This document shows, piece after piece, positions 1-9,193 of a DNA stretch of 64,000 nucleotides. The notes under the pieces were generated by a model, which was given only the letters and a program-made list of their open reading frames with translations, was not told where the DNA came from and searched no databases. The translations under genes were made by a program, and so were the position numbers. Each line of letters opens with the position of its first letter. The first letter of the stretch is position 1. The DNA is from a virus (lineage: Duplodnaviria; Caudoviricetes), in the IMG/VR virus record IMGVR_UViG_3300031857_000007. One strand, written 5' to 3'.

Positions 1-159
1 TTTGAGGTGAAGTTGGATACATTCCATAACATTATCAAGAGTTAGAGCACTACCCTCATAGTAGTAATCCATATTCATTACATCTGTGACTTTGAGTTTG
101 TAATAAAATCTATCACCAGGGAAATACTGGTGGATGTCTATGTGAGTTTCGTAGTCCAT
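1..159 (-). CDS. hypothetical protein, 3' end outside window
   Basis: Manually read ORF MDYETHIDIHQYFPG..., directly downstream of the promoter at 181-237. Confidence 0.6.
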   Translation of the reverse strand, partial: MDYETHIDIHQYFPGDRFYYKLKVTDVMNMDYYYEGSALTLDNVMECIQLHLK

Positions 160-236
160 CGGTTTGTTTCTTATGAAGTCATTATAAGGCAAAAGGAGCA
201 CCTGTGGAGATGCCCTGTGCCAGTTCTTCAAGTGTC
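157..236 (-). repeat. 80-bp promoter/leader repeat, copy 1
   Basis: 74/80 identical to 4059-4138; spans motif, -10 box, leader and ATG. Confidence 0.9.
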
Positions 237-237
237 C
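181..237 (-). promoter_or_regulatory. early-type promoter: TATAAT plus upstream palindromic motif
   Basis: TATAAT at 181-186; GTGCCAGTT-N4-AAGTGTCC at 217-237. Confidence 0.75.
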
Positions 238-524
238 ACATAAACCTCAAAGGTGATTTTTGTTCCATACATTATATCCATTTCCACACTCATAGTGGAT
301 ACTTTTGCCTCACCTTTTTTGACTTGTTCTACGACTTGATGAAAAGAAACATTCACACTATTAATATCATAAGTTTTGACTTTACTAACAGGAATAGTTG
401 AAGTGTCCCGAAGTTTTTTCAGTTCTTCTGCGTATGACTTTTCACCCTTATAATAATCTGGTTTTGGTTCTTCTTTCTTTCCGTAGAGTTCATTATATTT
501 TTCTATGAGAGGATTATTCATCAT
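228..524 (-). CDS. hypothetical protein
   Basis: ORF in tightly packed minus-strand run. Confidence 0.7.
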   Translation of the reverse strand: MMNNPLIEKYNELYGKKEEPKPDYYKGEKSYAEELKKLRDTSTIPVSKVKTYDINSVNVSFHQVVEQVKKGEAKVSTMSVEMDIMYGTKITFEVYVDT

Positions 525-1075
525 ACATCAACCCATACAAAAGAAAGACAATTTTTCATAAACCAACGACTAATAGCAGTCGGTTTCTTCCTCATATAAT
601 ACCTCAAATATCCCGAACCAAATGTGTAATAACCGACTTCTTTACCACCTTCTTTAATTACAAAATTGGAAGTAATATTACTACCAGTCGCAGTAAGTTT
701 AGAGTAATCTAATTTTGCTGGAAAACTTCCATTCTTGCGAGCATACTCAATATCCTCAATAATCCTGGTAATCTTTTTACTAAACTGATACTCTTGATAA
801 TATTTGAGTTGTGCGAACTTGTATTCTACATCCTCAACCTGTTTATCAATCTTCTCATCAAATTCCTGTGAGATTTCTTCTAATGACTTGCGTGGTAGTT
901 CAAGTTTGAGTTCTTGTGGATCATTTGGAAGTGTGAAGTATTCTTTGATGAGTTCATACTTTTCATATCCTTCACTCGCATTAGTAATCAAACTCATACA
1001 CTCAAAGACATTCTTTACATCTGTGAGTGTTTTGATTTTACTTACATCTAATTTATGGTTTAGTGGTTCAGTCAT
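521..1075 (-). CDS. hypothetical protein
   Basis: 184 aa ORF with 4-bp overlaps to both neighbours. Confidence 0.75.
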   Translation of the reverse strand: MTEPLNHKLDVSKIKTLTDVKNVFECMSLITNASEGYEKYELIKEYFTLPNDPQELKLELPRKSLEEISQEFDEKIDKQVEDVEYKFAQLKYYQEYQFSKKITRIIEDIEYARKNGSFPAKLDYSKLTATGSNITSNFVIKEGGKEVGYYTFGSGYLRYYMRKKPTAISRWFMKNCLSFVWVDV

Positions 1076-1764
1076 CGCAGGTTCTTCTTGATTTCATTCA
1101 AACAATCATTCCATCCTTGGTTATATCCCATCTCATCTTCTTCATATTCCAACTCATCGGGCAACCATTCTTCACTAACATCACCATACTTCCCGTGCTT
1201 CACATCGTTGAACCACAATCCTTCAAGAAGACGACAAGTTTCACCATCAGTAATAAGTGTCAAATTATTACCATCAAGATTCTTCGTGTTTTTACTTTTA
1301 TACCAAAGAATATTATGTGAATAGTCCATACGAACATAAAATTCATCATTATAAGAAACACTCTCAAACTTTCCCACTTTTACAAGGTTCATTCTTGGTT
1401 GAGATTTATGTGTCTCAATCTCTTTGAGGAGTTCAAGTTTCTTTTGAAGCACTTTGATTTCTGCTTCTGTTTTTTCAATATCTGTGTTAAAAGTCATTTG
1501 GTTCAAGTAAGGAGTAGCATCCATCACACCATCTTTGATTGCTTGTCTAAAAGCATCACGCAGACCTTCATCTACTTGTTCTGGTGTTTGTGGAGTTGGT
1601 TGAAAGTCAGTCATTTTTTTCCTAGGATCTAAAACATCACGGGCACGGTCAGCAATCTGTCTCAAACTAATGCGAGGGTCATTATAAGATGTCGGTGTCC
1701 AATTATCACACCAACTATCAAGTTCAATAATAACTCGTTCTAATGCTGATTGAGTTTTAGTCAT
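1072..1764 (-). CDS. hypothetical protein, possibly modular
   Basis: 230 aa ORF overlapping both neighbours. Confidence 0.75.
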   Translation of the reverse strand: MTKTQSALERVIIELDSWCDNWTPTSYNDPRISLRQIADRARDVLDPRKKMTDFQPTPQTPEQVDEGLRDAFRQAIKDGVMDATPYLNQMTFNTDIEKTEAEIKVLQKKLELLKEIETHKSQPRMNLVKVGKFESVSYNDEFYVRMDYSHNILWYKSKNTKNLDGNNLTLITDGETCRLLEGLWFNDVKHGKYGDVSEEWLPDELEYEEDEMGYNQGWNDCLNEIKKNLR

Positions 1765-1979
1765 TTACAATCCCTCACAGGGTCAAAGTCAAGGTATTCT
1801 ACCACAGGTTCTCTACAATACTCACAAAGTCGTTTCCGTGCTTCTTCTAGAGTATCATATCCACCATCAAAATAAACCTCATAGGCAAAAATATTATACC
1901 AACAATACAAAAATTTCTCTTGTGGAAAATACTTTGTAGTATTACCATAAGTTTCTTTTTTGATACGATACTTTTTCAT
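1761..1979 (-). CDS. hypothetical protein
   Basis: ORF in coupled run. Confidence 0.7.
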   Translation of the reverse strand: MKKYRIKKETYGNTTKYFPQEKFLYCWYNIFAYEVYFDGGYDTLEEARKRLCEYCREPVVEYLDFDPVRDCK

Positions 1980-2123
1980 CGGATACCACTATCAAAGAGT
2001 TTTTTGAGTTCGTGATAAACAAGTTTCAACTCATTATCAACATCCAAATTTACATCTTTCAAAATCCAGTAGAGTTCTTTTGCTTGTTGCTCTGTGAGTG
2101 TGAGTTTGTAGTTCTTTTGAATT

Positions 2124-2300
2124 TCAATCATTTTCAATCTCCTCCACATTTACATAAGGGCAAGTTCTCCATTCAGACCATTTCATATCAGGATTTGGTG
2201 GGCACAAATAACCACCCTGACCAACAGAAAACAACATAAAACGATACTGAATGTCTGGTTTCACTCCTAGTTCATTCTCAACGATACGAAGTTCAATCAT
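2124..2300 (-). CDS. hypothetical protein
   Basis: Start refined to MIELR (ATG 2300), overlapping the upstream stop. Confidence 0.65.
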   Translation of the reverse strand: MIELRIVENELGVKPDIQYRFMLFSVGQGGYLCPPNPDMKWSEWRTCPYVNVEEIEND

Positions 2301-2518
2301 TTCACAAAATCTCCAATCACAGGAACTTCTCCACAAATCTCATTCACTCGTCCTACTGTTTGGTCTTTGAGTGCTTGACGACACTCCAAGTTCTTATTGT
2401 ATGTTTGTTGGAATAATACTCGTTGTTGTTGCTCACCATAAGTGAGAACACCACCAATAACGATTAGAGAAATAGGAATAATCAAAATCGCAAACCAATC
2501 AAATTCATCAAGTTTCAT
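2297..2518 (-). CDS. small membrane protein
   Basis: N-terminal hydrophobic helix. Confidence 0.65.
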   Translation of the reverse strand: MKLDEFDWFAILIIPISLIVIGGVLTYGEQQQRVLFQQTYNKNLECRQALKDQTVGRVNEICGEVPVIGDFVK

Positions 2519-2715
2519 AGTGCCTCCAATTCATTAGCAAGTTCGTTAATATCTTCCATAATTTTATTGACTATTTCCCATTCAGCATACTGCATATACT
2601 TAAGTATTACTTCAATAACAACTTCACGAATAGCAGCAGCAACTCCATCTTTTGGAAAGTTGTATGTATCCTCTGCTTCGTATGCTTCCATAATCTTTTT
2701 TGCTCGTTCAGTCAT
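2515..2715 (-). CDS. hypothetical protein, paralog of 2873-3079
   Basis: MTERAKKIMEAY...ELANELEAL vs MTDAAYKVWEAF...EIAGDVEAL. Confidence 0.65.
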   Translation of the reverse strand: MTERAKKIMEAYEAEDTYNFPKDGVAAAIREVVIEVILKYMQYAEWEIVNKIMEDINELANELEAL

Positions 2716-2876
2716 TCTTCTACCTCAATCTCAATCATTTCATAAGTAACATAAAATTTTTGTCTTTCTTCTTGAAGTTTCGTAAGCAATACCTCATTTG
2801 CTTTGTCTTTGGAAGTGGAAGCATACTCAACGTGATAACCCAAATCAACATTATCAACCACACAATAGATTTTCAT
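2712..2876 (-). CDS. hypothetical protein (54 aa)
   Basis: Manually read MKIYCVVDNVDLG..., fills the gap with 4-bp overlaps. Confidence 0.6.
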   Translation of the reverse strand: MKIYCVVDNVDLGYHVEYASTSKDKANEVLLTKLQEERQKFYVTYEMIEIEVEE

Positions 2877-3079
2877 AGTGCCTCCACATCACCAGCAATT
2901 TCATTTAGTTCTTGAGCAGTATGAGTAAGCCAAGGTTCATTTGCAAGCACTCCATCTCTATAAATGAGAGAAGAAATCACACGAATAGAAGATGCTAATG
3001 CTTGTTTCATATCATCGGTGGGTTCTACAATCAATTCTGCCTTGAATGCTTCCCAAACTTTGTATGCTGCGTCAGTCAT
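2873..3079 (-). CDS. hypothetical protein, paralog of 2515-2715
   Basis: Similar N- and C-termini. Confidence 0.65.
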   Translation of the reverse strand: MTDAAYKVWEAFKAELIVEPTDDMKQALASSIRVISSLIYRDGVLANEPWLTHTAQELNEIAGDVEAL

Positions 3080-3296
3080 AGTTATAATCAGTAGGATAAG
3101 AGGAGTTCAGTGATACACTTTCTTGATGACTTTCCCAACCATTTTCACTACCCATTTCATAAATTGCTCGGGCAAAGTTTAAAAGAGCATCTTCTTGTAA
3201 AGGTTGCCACACTACATCACCAACATCACCAGAATACAGTTCTCTCAAATATGATGAAGCAATTTCAAGGATTTGTTCGTCAGTCATTCTTCCCAC
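3072..3296 (-). CDS. hypothetical protein
   Basis: ORF in coupled run. Confidence 0.6.
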   Translation of the reverse strand: MGRMTDEQILEIASSYLRELYSGDVGDVVWQPLQEDALLNFARAIYEMGSENGWESHQESVSLNSSYPTDYNYD

Positions 3297-3541
3297 CCAT
3301 CAAAGTATTCAGTAAAAAAGTTTAAACTCAAACCAACCTTACCAAGTTGAAAATCTACTCCAAATAAAGAATTAGTAAAGAATGAGAGTAGGATGTGTAA
3401 TCCACCATCACTAAAAACTAAACGACTGGGATTTTCATAATGAACCCAGAGTAATGTTTTATTGTTGATGATACCAAACTGCCAAGTGCGGTCAGTATCA
3501 CCATCATCCCAAACTTTTAGGTTGTACTGATAGGGTTTCAT
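3284..3541 (-). CDS. hypothetical protein
   Basis: ORF in coupled run. Confidence 0.6.
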   Translation of the reverse strand: MKPYQYNLKVWDDGDTDRTWQFGIINNKTLLWVHYENPSRLVFSDGGLHILLSFFTNSLFGVDFQLGKVGLSLNFFTEYFDGWEE

Positions 3542-3710
3542 TCTTCATCCTCACAAGGGAACATTTCGTTGTATGCTTCATCAGTCAGCACAAGATACTC
3601 TACATTTTCAGCATCTTTGTGGTCTTCGTAATACATCATACGATAATGATTGAATTGGTAGAGGTCTGTGCTGCCGTATTCTACGACACCATCAACAAGG
3701 CAGAGGTAGT

Positions 3711-4061
3711 TCATTCTTCATTTTCCCAAAAACACTTCCATTCTTCCTTGTCGTCATCAGTCATTTCTGTAATCTCAAAACCACTTACATCTTCAACAGG
3801 AGTTTTAAGTTCAAAGTATTCAATAATTTGTTTCGCATTATCATTTGCCAACCAATCACCAAATTCCTCCTTACTACACAGTTCATCGTGTTCGTGAGTA
3901 TAAGGATTGAACTTCACACAAAAAGTCACCTTATATCCAATCGCACAGTCTTTTGTTTGACTCAAAAACTCCTTGCGTTCTTGAATCAACCTTTTCTGTT
4001 CTTCAATTTGCCTTTCAAGTTCCTGTATTTGCTTGTAAGTAAAGTTGGAAAGGTCAGTCAT
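3711..4061 (-). CDS. hypothetical protein
   Basis: Start refined to MTDLSNF (4061); the longer track start lies inside the promoter repeat. Confidence 0.7.
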   Translation of the reverse strand: MTDLSNFTYKQIQELERQIEEQKRLIQERKEFLSQTKDCAIGYKVTFCVKFNPYTHEHDELCSKEEFGDWLANDNAKQIIEYFELKTPVEDVSGFEITEMTDDDKEEWKCFWENEE

Positions 4062-4138
4062 TGGTTTGTTTCTTATGAAGTCATTATAGACCAAAAAGGG
4101 CACCTGTGGAGATGCCCTGTGCCAGTTCTTCAAGTGTC
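4059..4138 (-). repeat. 80-bp promoter/leader repeat, copy 2 (early-type promoter)
   Basis: 74/80 identical to 157-236; TATAAT 4083-4088, motif 4119-4138. Confidence 0.9.
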
Positions 4139-4392
4139 TATTTCAGTTCCTCTTCAATCCTTTCAATCTCAAAGACTTCATTTAGAAACTCCAGACCATA
4201 CTTACCCACAACCCAGGCATCTTTATCCTCAAAGAACCTGTCACCAATAGTTCTCATATCATATCCCTCTTTGCCTTTATCAAAGAAAGCAATCACATAA
4301 CACTTTTTACCATTTGGGTTTTGATGCCACTTGACGAGTTCATACTTGTTATTGCAGTTGCTCCAACGGAACTCAATATCACGAAATCTCAT
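4138..4392 (-). CDS. hypothetical protein
   Basis: ORF in coupled run. Confidence 0.7.
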   Translation of the reverse strand: MRFRDIEFRWSNCNNKYELVKWHQNPNGKKCYVIAFFDKGKEGYDMRTIGDRFFEDKDAWVVGKYGLEFLNEVFEIERIEEELK

Positions 4393-4583
4393 TTACCCTC
4401 CAGTTCATCAAGTTTCTCATTCACAAAACCAGTCATATCAATAGTGCGAGGATCTACACCTTCATCAAGGCAATCAAGGTGAAACTCCATAACAGCACCA
4501 AGAATCAGACATGCTTTGCGTTTGTCATCCAGTGGTTGAGCAATGTAGTTGACAATGTGCTCATAGAGTTGGTCGTAAGTCAT
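4389..4583 (-). CDS. hypothetical protein
   Basis: ORF in coupled run. Confidence 0.65.
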   Translation of the reverse strand: MTYDQLYEHIVNYIAQPLDDKRKACLILGAVMEFHLDCLDEGVDPRTIDMTGFVNEKLDELEGK

Positions 4584-4795
4584 TCAATCACCTCCCAGTG
4601 TGAATCAGATTTGTCACCAAAACGATTTGTGCCAGTGCGAGTGCTAACCCAGAAGAAGTATTTACGATTCTCAGAAGCGAGAAATAACTCACCGCCAGTA
4701 TCCTGCTCCACAATACAAACAGGATTTCCTTCCATTGTGTTAGCAAGACGATTCTTCGCCTTCTTGCTTTTGGGTCTTACGCTTACTCTTCTCAT
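4580..4795 (-). CDS. hypothetical protein
   Basis: MRRVSVRPKSKKAKNRLAN..., basic small ORF. Confidence 0.65.
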   Translation of the reverse strand: MRRVSVRPKSKKAKNRLANTMEGNPVCIVEQDTGGELFLASENRKYFFWVSTRTGTNRFGDKSDSHWEVIE

Positions 4796-5012
4796 TTGCA
4801 ATCTCCAGTTTCAGTTTGCGAATACCAGTTACAAAATAAGCAAAATCACGGGTTTCGGTGATACGTTTGATCTCACCGCATACACCACACTTTGACTCAT
4901 AAACAGAGGAGCAACCTACGGAATAAACTCCATACTTTTGTCCACAATCAAAACAAGTGTTGTATGCAGTCTCAAGTTTCTTGAGTAGTGCTTTCTTCTC
5001 TTTGAGGTTCAT
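4740..5012 (-). CDS. hypothetical protein with CxxC...CxxC (possible Zn ribbon)
   Basis: CFDC and CGVC pairs. Confidence 0.6.
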   Translation of the reverse strand: MNLKEKKALLKKLETAYNTCFDCGQKYGVYSVGCSSVYESKCGVCGEIKRITETRDFAYFVTGIRKLKLEIANEKSKRKTQKQEGEESSC

Positions 5013-5043
5013 AATGTTCGGTGCTTTTTAGTAGGTAATTGCT

Positions 5044-5334
5044 TCAGCATTCATCCGCTTTCAAGAAATCTTTATCAGATTCCTCATCACATTTTTCTAA
5101 GTAATCCCATTTCCAAGTTCTCCCACAAAAATCAATATCAAACCCAAACTTATAAACCCAGAAAATAATACTTACCAAATCACCACTTCCAGACCTAATT
5201 TGCAGATAAGGCCACGATGCATAATCATTCCAACTCACAGATATTTGAAGCAAACTCCAACGCTTGATGGTTAGAATTTGAACATACCAATCGTGACCGT
5301 AATCGTATCTATGTTTAAAATTAATTAGGTTCAT
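5044..5334 (-). CDS. hypothetical protein
   Basis: Start refined to MNLINF. Confidence 0.65.
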   Translation of the reverse strand: MNLINFKHRYDYGHDWYVQILTIKRWSLLQISVSWNDYASWPYLQIRSGSGDLVSIIFWVYKFGFDIDFCGRTWKWDYLEKCDEESDKDFLKADEC

Positions 5335-5506
5335 TGTTCTCCTCAAAATCAAACCAATCGTCAAGAGAGTTAATTACTTGTTCAACAATATGTTCAACAA
5401 TAGCATCTACATGTGGTGCTGGATCATGCCTAAATGCACGATTATATCCATACCTAACACCTTGTTCTAATGCCATTTCTAATATGGGTCGAAATTTAGG
5501 TTTCAT
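5321..5506 (-). CDS. hypothetical protein
   Basis: ORF in run. Confidence 0.6.
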   Translation of the reverse strand: MKPKFRPILEMALEQGVRYGYNRAFRHDPAPHVDAIVEHIVEQVINSLDDWFDFEENNEPN

Positions 5507-5508
5507 TA

Positions 5509-5703
5509 TCAGAGGAGGCAGAAAGAACCACAGTAATTACGAGCCCAATTAAGTGCTTCATTGAGAGGGCGAGGGTTGCTCACAACCATTGATTTTCCCT
5601 CAACCTCAGCAACACAAACATACTGAGGGTTGATAAGAGACATAGAAGGAACAAGAGTGAGGGTACCTTGCTTTCCCTGACCAGCAGTATAGTGGAAAAT
5701 CAT
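5509..5703 (-). CDS. hypothetical protein
   Basis: First ORF after the promoter at 5727-5783. Confidence 0.6.
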   Translation of the reverse strand: MIFHYTAGQGKQGTLTLVPSMSLINPQYVCVAEVEGKSMVVSNPRPLNEALNWARNYCGSFCLL

Positions 5704-5726
5704 TTGGATCTCTTGATTACCTTTAT

Positions 5727-5783
5727 ATTATAAGGCAAAACCACACGAATGCAAGAAGGAGTGTGCCAGTTCTCTGGGTGTCA
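5727..5783 (-). promoter_or_regulatory. early-type promoter
   Basis: TTGCAT-N16-TATAAT; GTGCCAGTT motif 30 nt from the -10 box. Confidence 0.7.
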
Positions 5784-5785
5784 TA

Positions 5786-6508
5786 TTAGATTCCAAACCT
5801 TCCTCTGAGAGCATTGAAGTTTTGTGAAATCTCCGCGTCAGTCAAATATCTATTATAAATGGATATTTGTGATATATCACCCCAAAATTGAGAGGCATTA
5901 TTTGGGTCACTTTGAACACCATTATTATAAGCACCAATAGAACAAAATCCGTGCTTAAATCTAGCATTTGAACTATTATTTGAACCTCTTATTGTTTCTG
6001 GAGAATCATTATAACTTAAGTTATAATATGGAGTTGCTGCATTCTTCCACCTCCAAGTTAACATATTCCATTGATTTGAAGCATAACCAGGAAGATTTTG
6101 TTGACTAAATCCAGAATCATTAAATCCTGTTCCATTGGTATTATCATACATACCGATTTGCCAAGTACCACTTTGAACAATTACTTGGTGGTCTTGTCCA
6201 GAGCTAAGACCACGAAGAAGAGTTCTCCAGTTTGAAGTAGAATTTAAAATTCTAGTCCAACAAATACAAGTTACATCTCCAGAAATAATAAAATCAGAAT
6301 CAGTTTTTTTGGCACACCCAAAACTTCCCTTGAAGTCCATATATTTTGGACCGCTGCTATTATAAGCAGAAGCATTAATAGTAAAAACTTCAGACCCAAC
6401 TAAATTTTGCCAATTAGTTCCAGATCCAGGATAAGATTTTTCATTTGCAGCGTCAAGATACAAAACTAATCCATTGGTTGCTATGCTTGGCGAGTGTGAT
6501 AATCCCAT
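5786..6508 (-). CDS. LamG/concanavalin A-like domain protein, paralog 1
   Basis: GLVLYLDAAN..SYPGSGT N-terminus; GDISQISIYNRYLTDAEISQNFNALRGRFGI C-terminus. Confidence 0.8.
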   Translation of the reverse strand: MGLSHSPSIATNGLVLYLDAANEKSYPGSGTNWQNLVGSEVFTINASAYNSSGPKYMDFKGSFGCAKKTDSDFIISGDVTCICWTRILNSTSNWRTLLRGLSSGQDHQVIVQSGTWQIGMYDNTNGTGFNDSGFSQQNLPGYASNQWNMLTWRWKNAATPYYNLSYNDSPETIRGSNNSSNARFKHGFCSIGAYNNGVQSDPNNASQFWGDISQISIYNRYLTDAEISQNFNALRGRFGI

Positions 6509-6520
6509 TTTTGTTTCTCC

Positions 6521-7126
6521 TTAGATTCCAAAGCGTCCACGAATGGCATTAAAGTTTTGTCTACTTTCATTTGCAGTTAAATTTCTGTCATATACCATTA
6601 TACAACTAACATTTCCTGCCATTTGCCAAGGAGCAGGATATAAAAACCATTCATAATATGACCAAGAAGAAAAGTCTACACTTTTTGCTTCCCACATATG
6701 AAATGCGCCATTTCTATACCCTTCAGTAACAGGATTTGTTACTGAATTTAAATCAACCCAATTCGTAGGAGAACCTACATTACTATGATAGTAGTTATTG
6801 CCAGAGGAGGCACTTAAATAAACTCCATTACTTTGATTTCCCCTTACCCACAATTCAGCTCCATCGGATGTAGAGTACCATATTACTACAGTATTTGTTG
6901 AAGATACTCCATTTATTGCACTCGCTTTGGTGAATCCTTGTGTCGAACCGTCTAAAGTAAATCTACCGGAACCATATATTGGACTTCCAGTTAATGTATG
7001 ATGATTTTCTCTACCACTCAAATCATTCCAAGTGGTACCAGATCCAGGATAAGATTTTTGATTTGCAGCGTCAAGATACAATACAAGACCATTATCTACT
7101 ATTTCTGGTCCAGCATAAACAGCCAT
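6521..7126 (-). CDS. LamG-like protein, paralog 2
   Basis: Same terminal motifs (GLVLYLDAAN; YDRNLTANESRQNFNAIRGRFGI). Confidence 0.8.
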   Translation of the reverse strand: MAVYAGPEIVDNGLVLYLDAANQKSYPGSGTTWNDLSGRENHHTLTGSPIYGSGRFTLDGSTQGFTKASAINGVSSTNTVVIWYSTSDGAELWVRGNQSNGVYLSASSGNNYYHSNVGSPTNWVDLNSVTNPVTEGYRNGAFHMWEAKSVDFSSWSYYEWFLYPAPWQMAGNVSCIMVYDRNLTANESRQNFNAIRGRFGI

Positions 7127-7151
7127 TTACACTTCCTTAGTTTTAAAATAT

Positions 7152-7802
7152 TTAGATTCCAAACCTTCCTCTGAGAGCATTGAAGTTTTGTGAAATTTCT
7201 GTTGCTGTGAGTGCTCTGCTATAAACAGAAGCATAAGAACAATAGCAACTTGTAATTTCACTTCCAGTATCGCCAAGTATCCATAGATCTCCAGTTCCAC
7301 TTGTCAGTGCTGACGAATAAGTACCACTTCCCACAGAAACACCATTTACATATCCAATAGCAGTTGTTCCCGATAAAGTATAAGATAAATTATACCAAGT
7401 ATCTGTTTGTAAATTTGCAGTTAGATTGACATCAGGATAAATGTGAACGGTATTTGTACTGGTACCAAATAAAATTCTTTCTGCACCGTCATCAAACCAT
7501 GTTTGCCACCCAATGGAGAATGACTTTGACCTTAACCAAATACTATATGTTCTTTGAGATCCAGGTCTAACAAAATTAGATACAGTAAATCCTTGATTGT
7601 TTGTGTCATTTGTTTCAAATGCACGTTGTCCATTGATCAAAACCCAGTTTGAAGATGTCAAATTCCTCATAGTAGCAACATATTGATTACCACTTAAATC
7701 ATTCCAACTGGTACCAGAACCAGAGTATGAGTTTGTATTACCAGCATCAAGACATAAAACTAATCCTGTTGTAACTATTGTTGGATTATATGCAATTGCC
7801 AT
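7152..7802 (-). CDS. LamG-like protein, paralog 3
   Basis: GLVLCLDAGN; YSRALTATEISQNFNALRGRFGI. Confidence 0.8.
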   Translation of the reverse strand: MAIAYNPTIVTTGLVLCLDAGNTNSYSGSGTSWNDLSGNQYVATMRNLTSSNWVLINGQRAFETNDTNNQGFTVSNFVRPGSQRTYSIWLRSKSFSIGWQTWFDDGAERILFGTSTNTVHIYPDVNLTANLQTDTWYNLSYTLSGTTAIGYVNGVSVGSGTYSSALTSGTGDLWILGDTGSEITSCYCSYASVYSRALTATEISQNFNALRGRFGI

Positions 7803-7819
7803 GTATTTTATATTTTTTT

Positions 7820-7826
7820 TATTTAT
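7820..7826 (-). promoter_or_regulatory. T4-like late promoter ATAAATA
   Basis: Just upstream of the LamG trio; a CTAAATA variant is at 7149-7155. Confidence 0.55.
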
Positions 7827-8146
7827 TTTCTTTTTTTAGGTTTTGGAGCGCGATTAGAGTTTCCAGTGGAATCCATGCTGGATTTTCTTCTGCGAACTGA
7901 ACTTGAACTTCCGTTACTTTTTGGTTCAGACTTTTGCTCCACACTTCTCTTGTTCTTTTTACTGGGTTGAATGGATTGTTCATGATAGCAATCAATTTTT
8001 ACATTTTTCTTATTAAGTTTATACCTGGTCAAGTATTTTTGCAAGTGATCTTCACATGAGAAATAACAAACTGTAGTGTTTTTCTTTTCTCCGAATTCCA
8101 ACCGATATGGGTGATTTTCGTAAGGAAATAATGACGTTTCTATCAT
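7823..8146 (-). CDS. hypothetical protein, basic C-terminus
   Basis: ORF in run. Confidence 0.6.
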   Translation of the reverse strand: MIETSLFPYENHPYRLEFGEKKNTTVCYFSCEDHLQKYLTRYKLNKKNVKIDCYHEQSIQPSKKNKRSVEQKSEPKSNGSSSSVRRRKSSMDSTGNSNRAPKPKKRK

Positions 8147-8325
8147 TTCAAATAATGGGGTTTTTCTGTGTCAAATTGATACCACTTTGCGCCTTTCATA
8201 TTAAGACACATTAAAATAGTTTCATGCTCTCTATATTCGCGTGGGGTGCCGCGATACATGTAACGTCTTTGATATGCACAACACCAAACGTTTTTATATA
8301 TTTTTGCCTTCTCTGTTGAATTCAT
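8143..8325 (-). CDS. hypothetical protein
   Basis: ORF in coupled run. Confidence 0.6.
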   Translation of the reverse strand: MNSTEKAKIYKNVWCCAYQRRYMYRGTPREYREHETILMCLNMKGAKWYQFDTEKPHYLK

Positions 8326-8717
8326 CGCCCAGTGAAATCCTCATAATCAACAAGTCTACCATACTTGAAGTGCAATCTGCAACGGGGCCAATCTTCCCAG
8401 TGTCCTTCCCAAGTTGCAGGATAAACCTCAACATACTTTGTAATCAAATGGGGTTTATATGATCCACGATTGCCAGTCGGCACCCATTCAAAGTTCAAAA
8501 ACAATTTCTTCGGATCATATCGAGGATCGTCTTCTTCAATAATCTCATATGTATTTGTACCCCTATAATCTGGATACCATAACACACCATTAGGATCTAA
8601 CCAATAGTCAGTCAAGGTTCCGCCAATACCTTCTTCTATATCTTTGGTTTGACATAAAACATTTGTAAATTTTTCGCCCAAATCATAGGAAGAACGAAAA
8701 TAATCAAACATCCCCAT
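8322..8717 (-). CDS. conserved phage hypothetical protein
   Basis: MGMFDY..S...QTKD start, as recalled from a widespread phage family. Confidence 0.7.
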   Translation of the reverse strand: MGMFDYFRSSYDLGEKFTNVLCQTKDIEEGIGGTLTDYWLDPNGVLWYPDYRGTNTYEIIEEDDPRYDPKKLFLNFEWVPTGNRGSYKPHLITKYVEVYPATWEGHWEDWPRCRLHFKYGRLVDYEDFTGR

Positions 8718-8719
8718 GG

Positions 8720-9193
8720 TTATTCTCCAAGTGTATGAATAACTGGTTTTTCGTGAGCGAGGATATGATAAAGATTGCTGTCTTTGGCTGCTGATACGGG
8801 AACAAACTCAGTTTCAGGATTAAACTCATCGTCACGAATTGCTTGATTAATGACAATAGAACCTTCTTCTCCAGAATAAGAACGGTGATAGGTCATTTTA
8901 GGAATGACTAATGCACCAGAAGAACGATTAAGGTGAACGATATGGTAAGGATATCGCCACTCTGGATTCACCAGTTCAAATGTTCTGATACCAGACAGAA
9001 CGCGATTATGATCTACCTGATGATAGTGAATATAAAACTGTTTTGCACCTACAATATCATCAGGAGGACTGATAGCAGGACCAGAATGAACCACAAGGTC
9101 CTGAGCGTTTGAATACTCAACCGAGATATCATAGAATACAACTGCTTCTGTTTCACGGAATACTCTATGCTTCTTAAAGGTTACTTCACTCAT
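8720..9193 (-). CDS. RmlC-like cupin-fold protein
   Basis: YIHYHQVDHNRV...LVIPKMTYHRS cupin-like His motifs. Confidence 0.5.
   Translation of the reverse strand: MSEVTFKKHRVFRETEAVVFYDISVEYSNAQDLVVHSGPAISPPDDIVGAKQFYIHYHQVDHNRVLSGIRTFELVNPEWRYPYHIVHLNRSSGALVIPKMTYHRSYSGEEGSIVINQAIRDDEFNPETEFVPVSAAKDSNLYHILAHEKPVIHTLGE

Noticed and set aside
157-4138. Repeat pair as a CRISPR array or DGR template/variable pair
   Set aside because: Copies are dispersed rather than regularly spaced, non-coding, the mismatches are not adenine-specific, and no reverse transcriptase or cas gene is in the window
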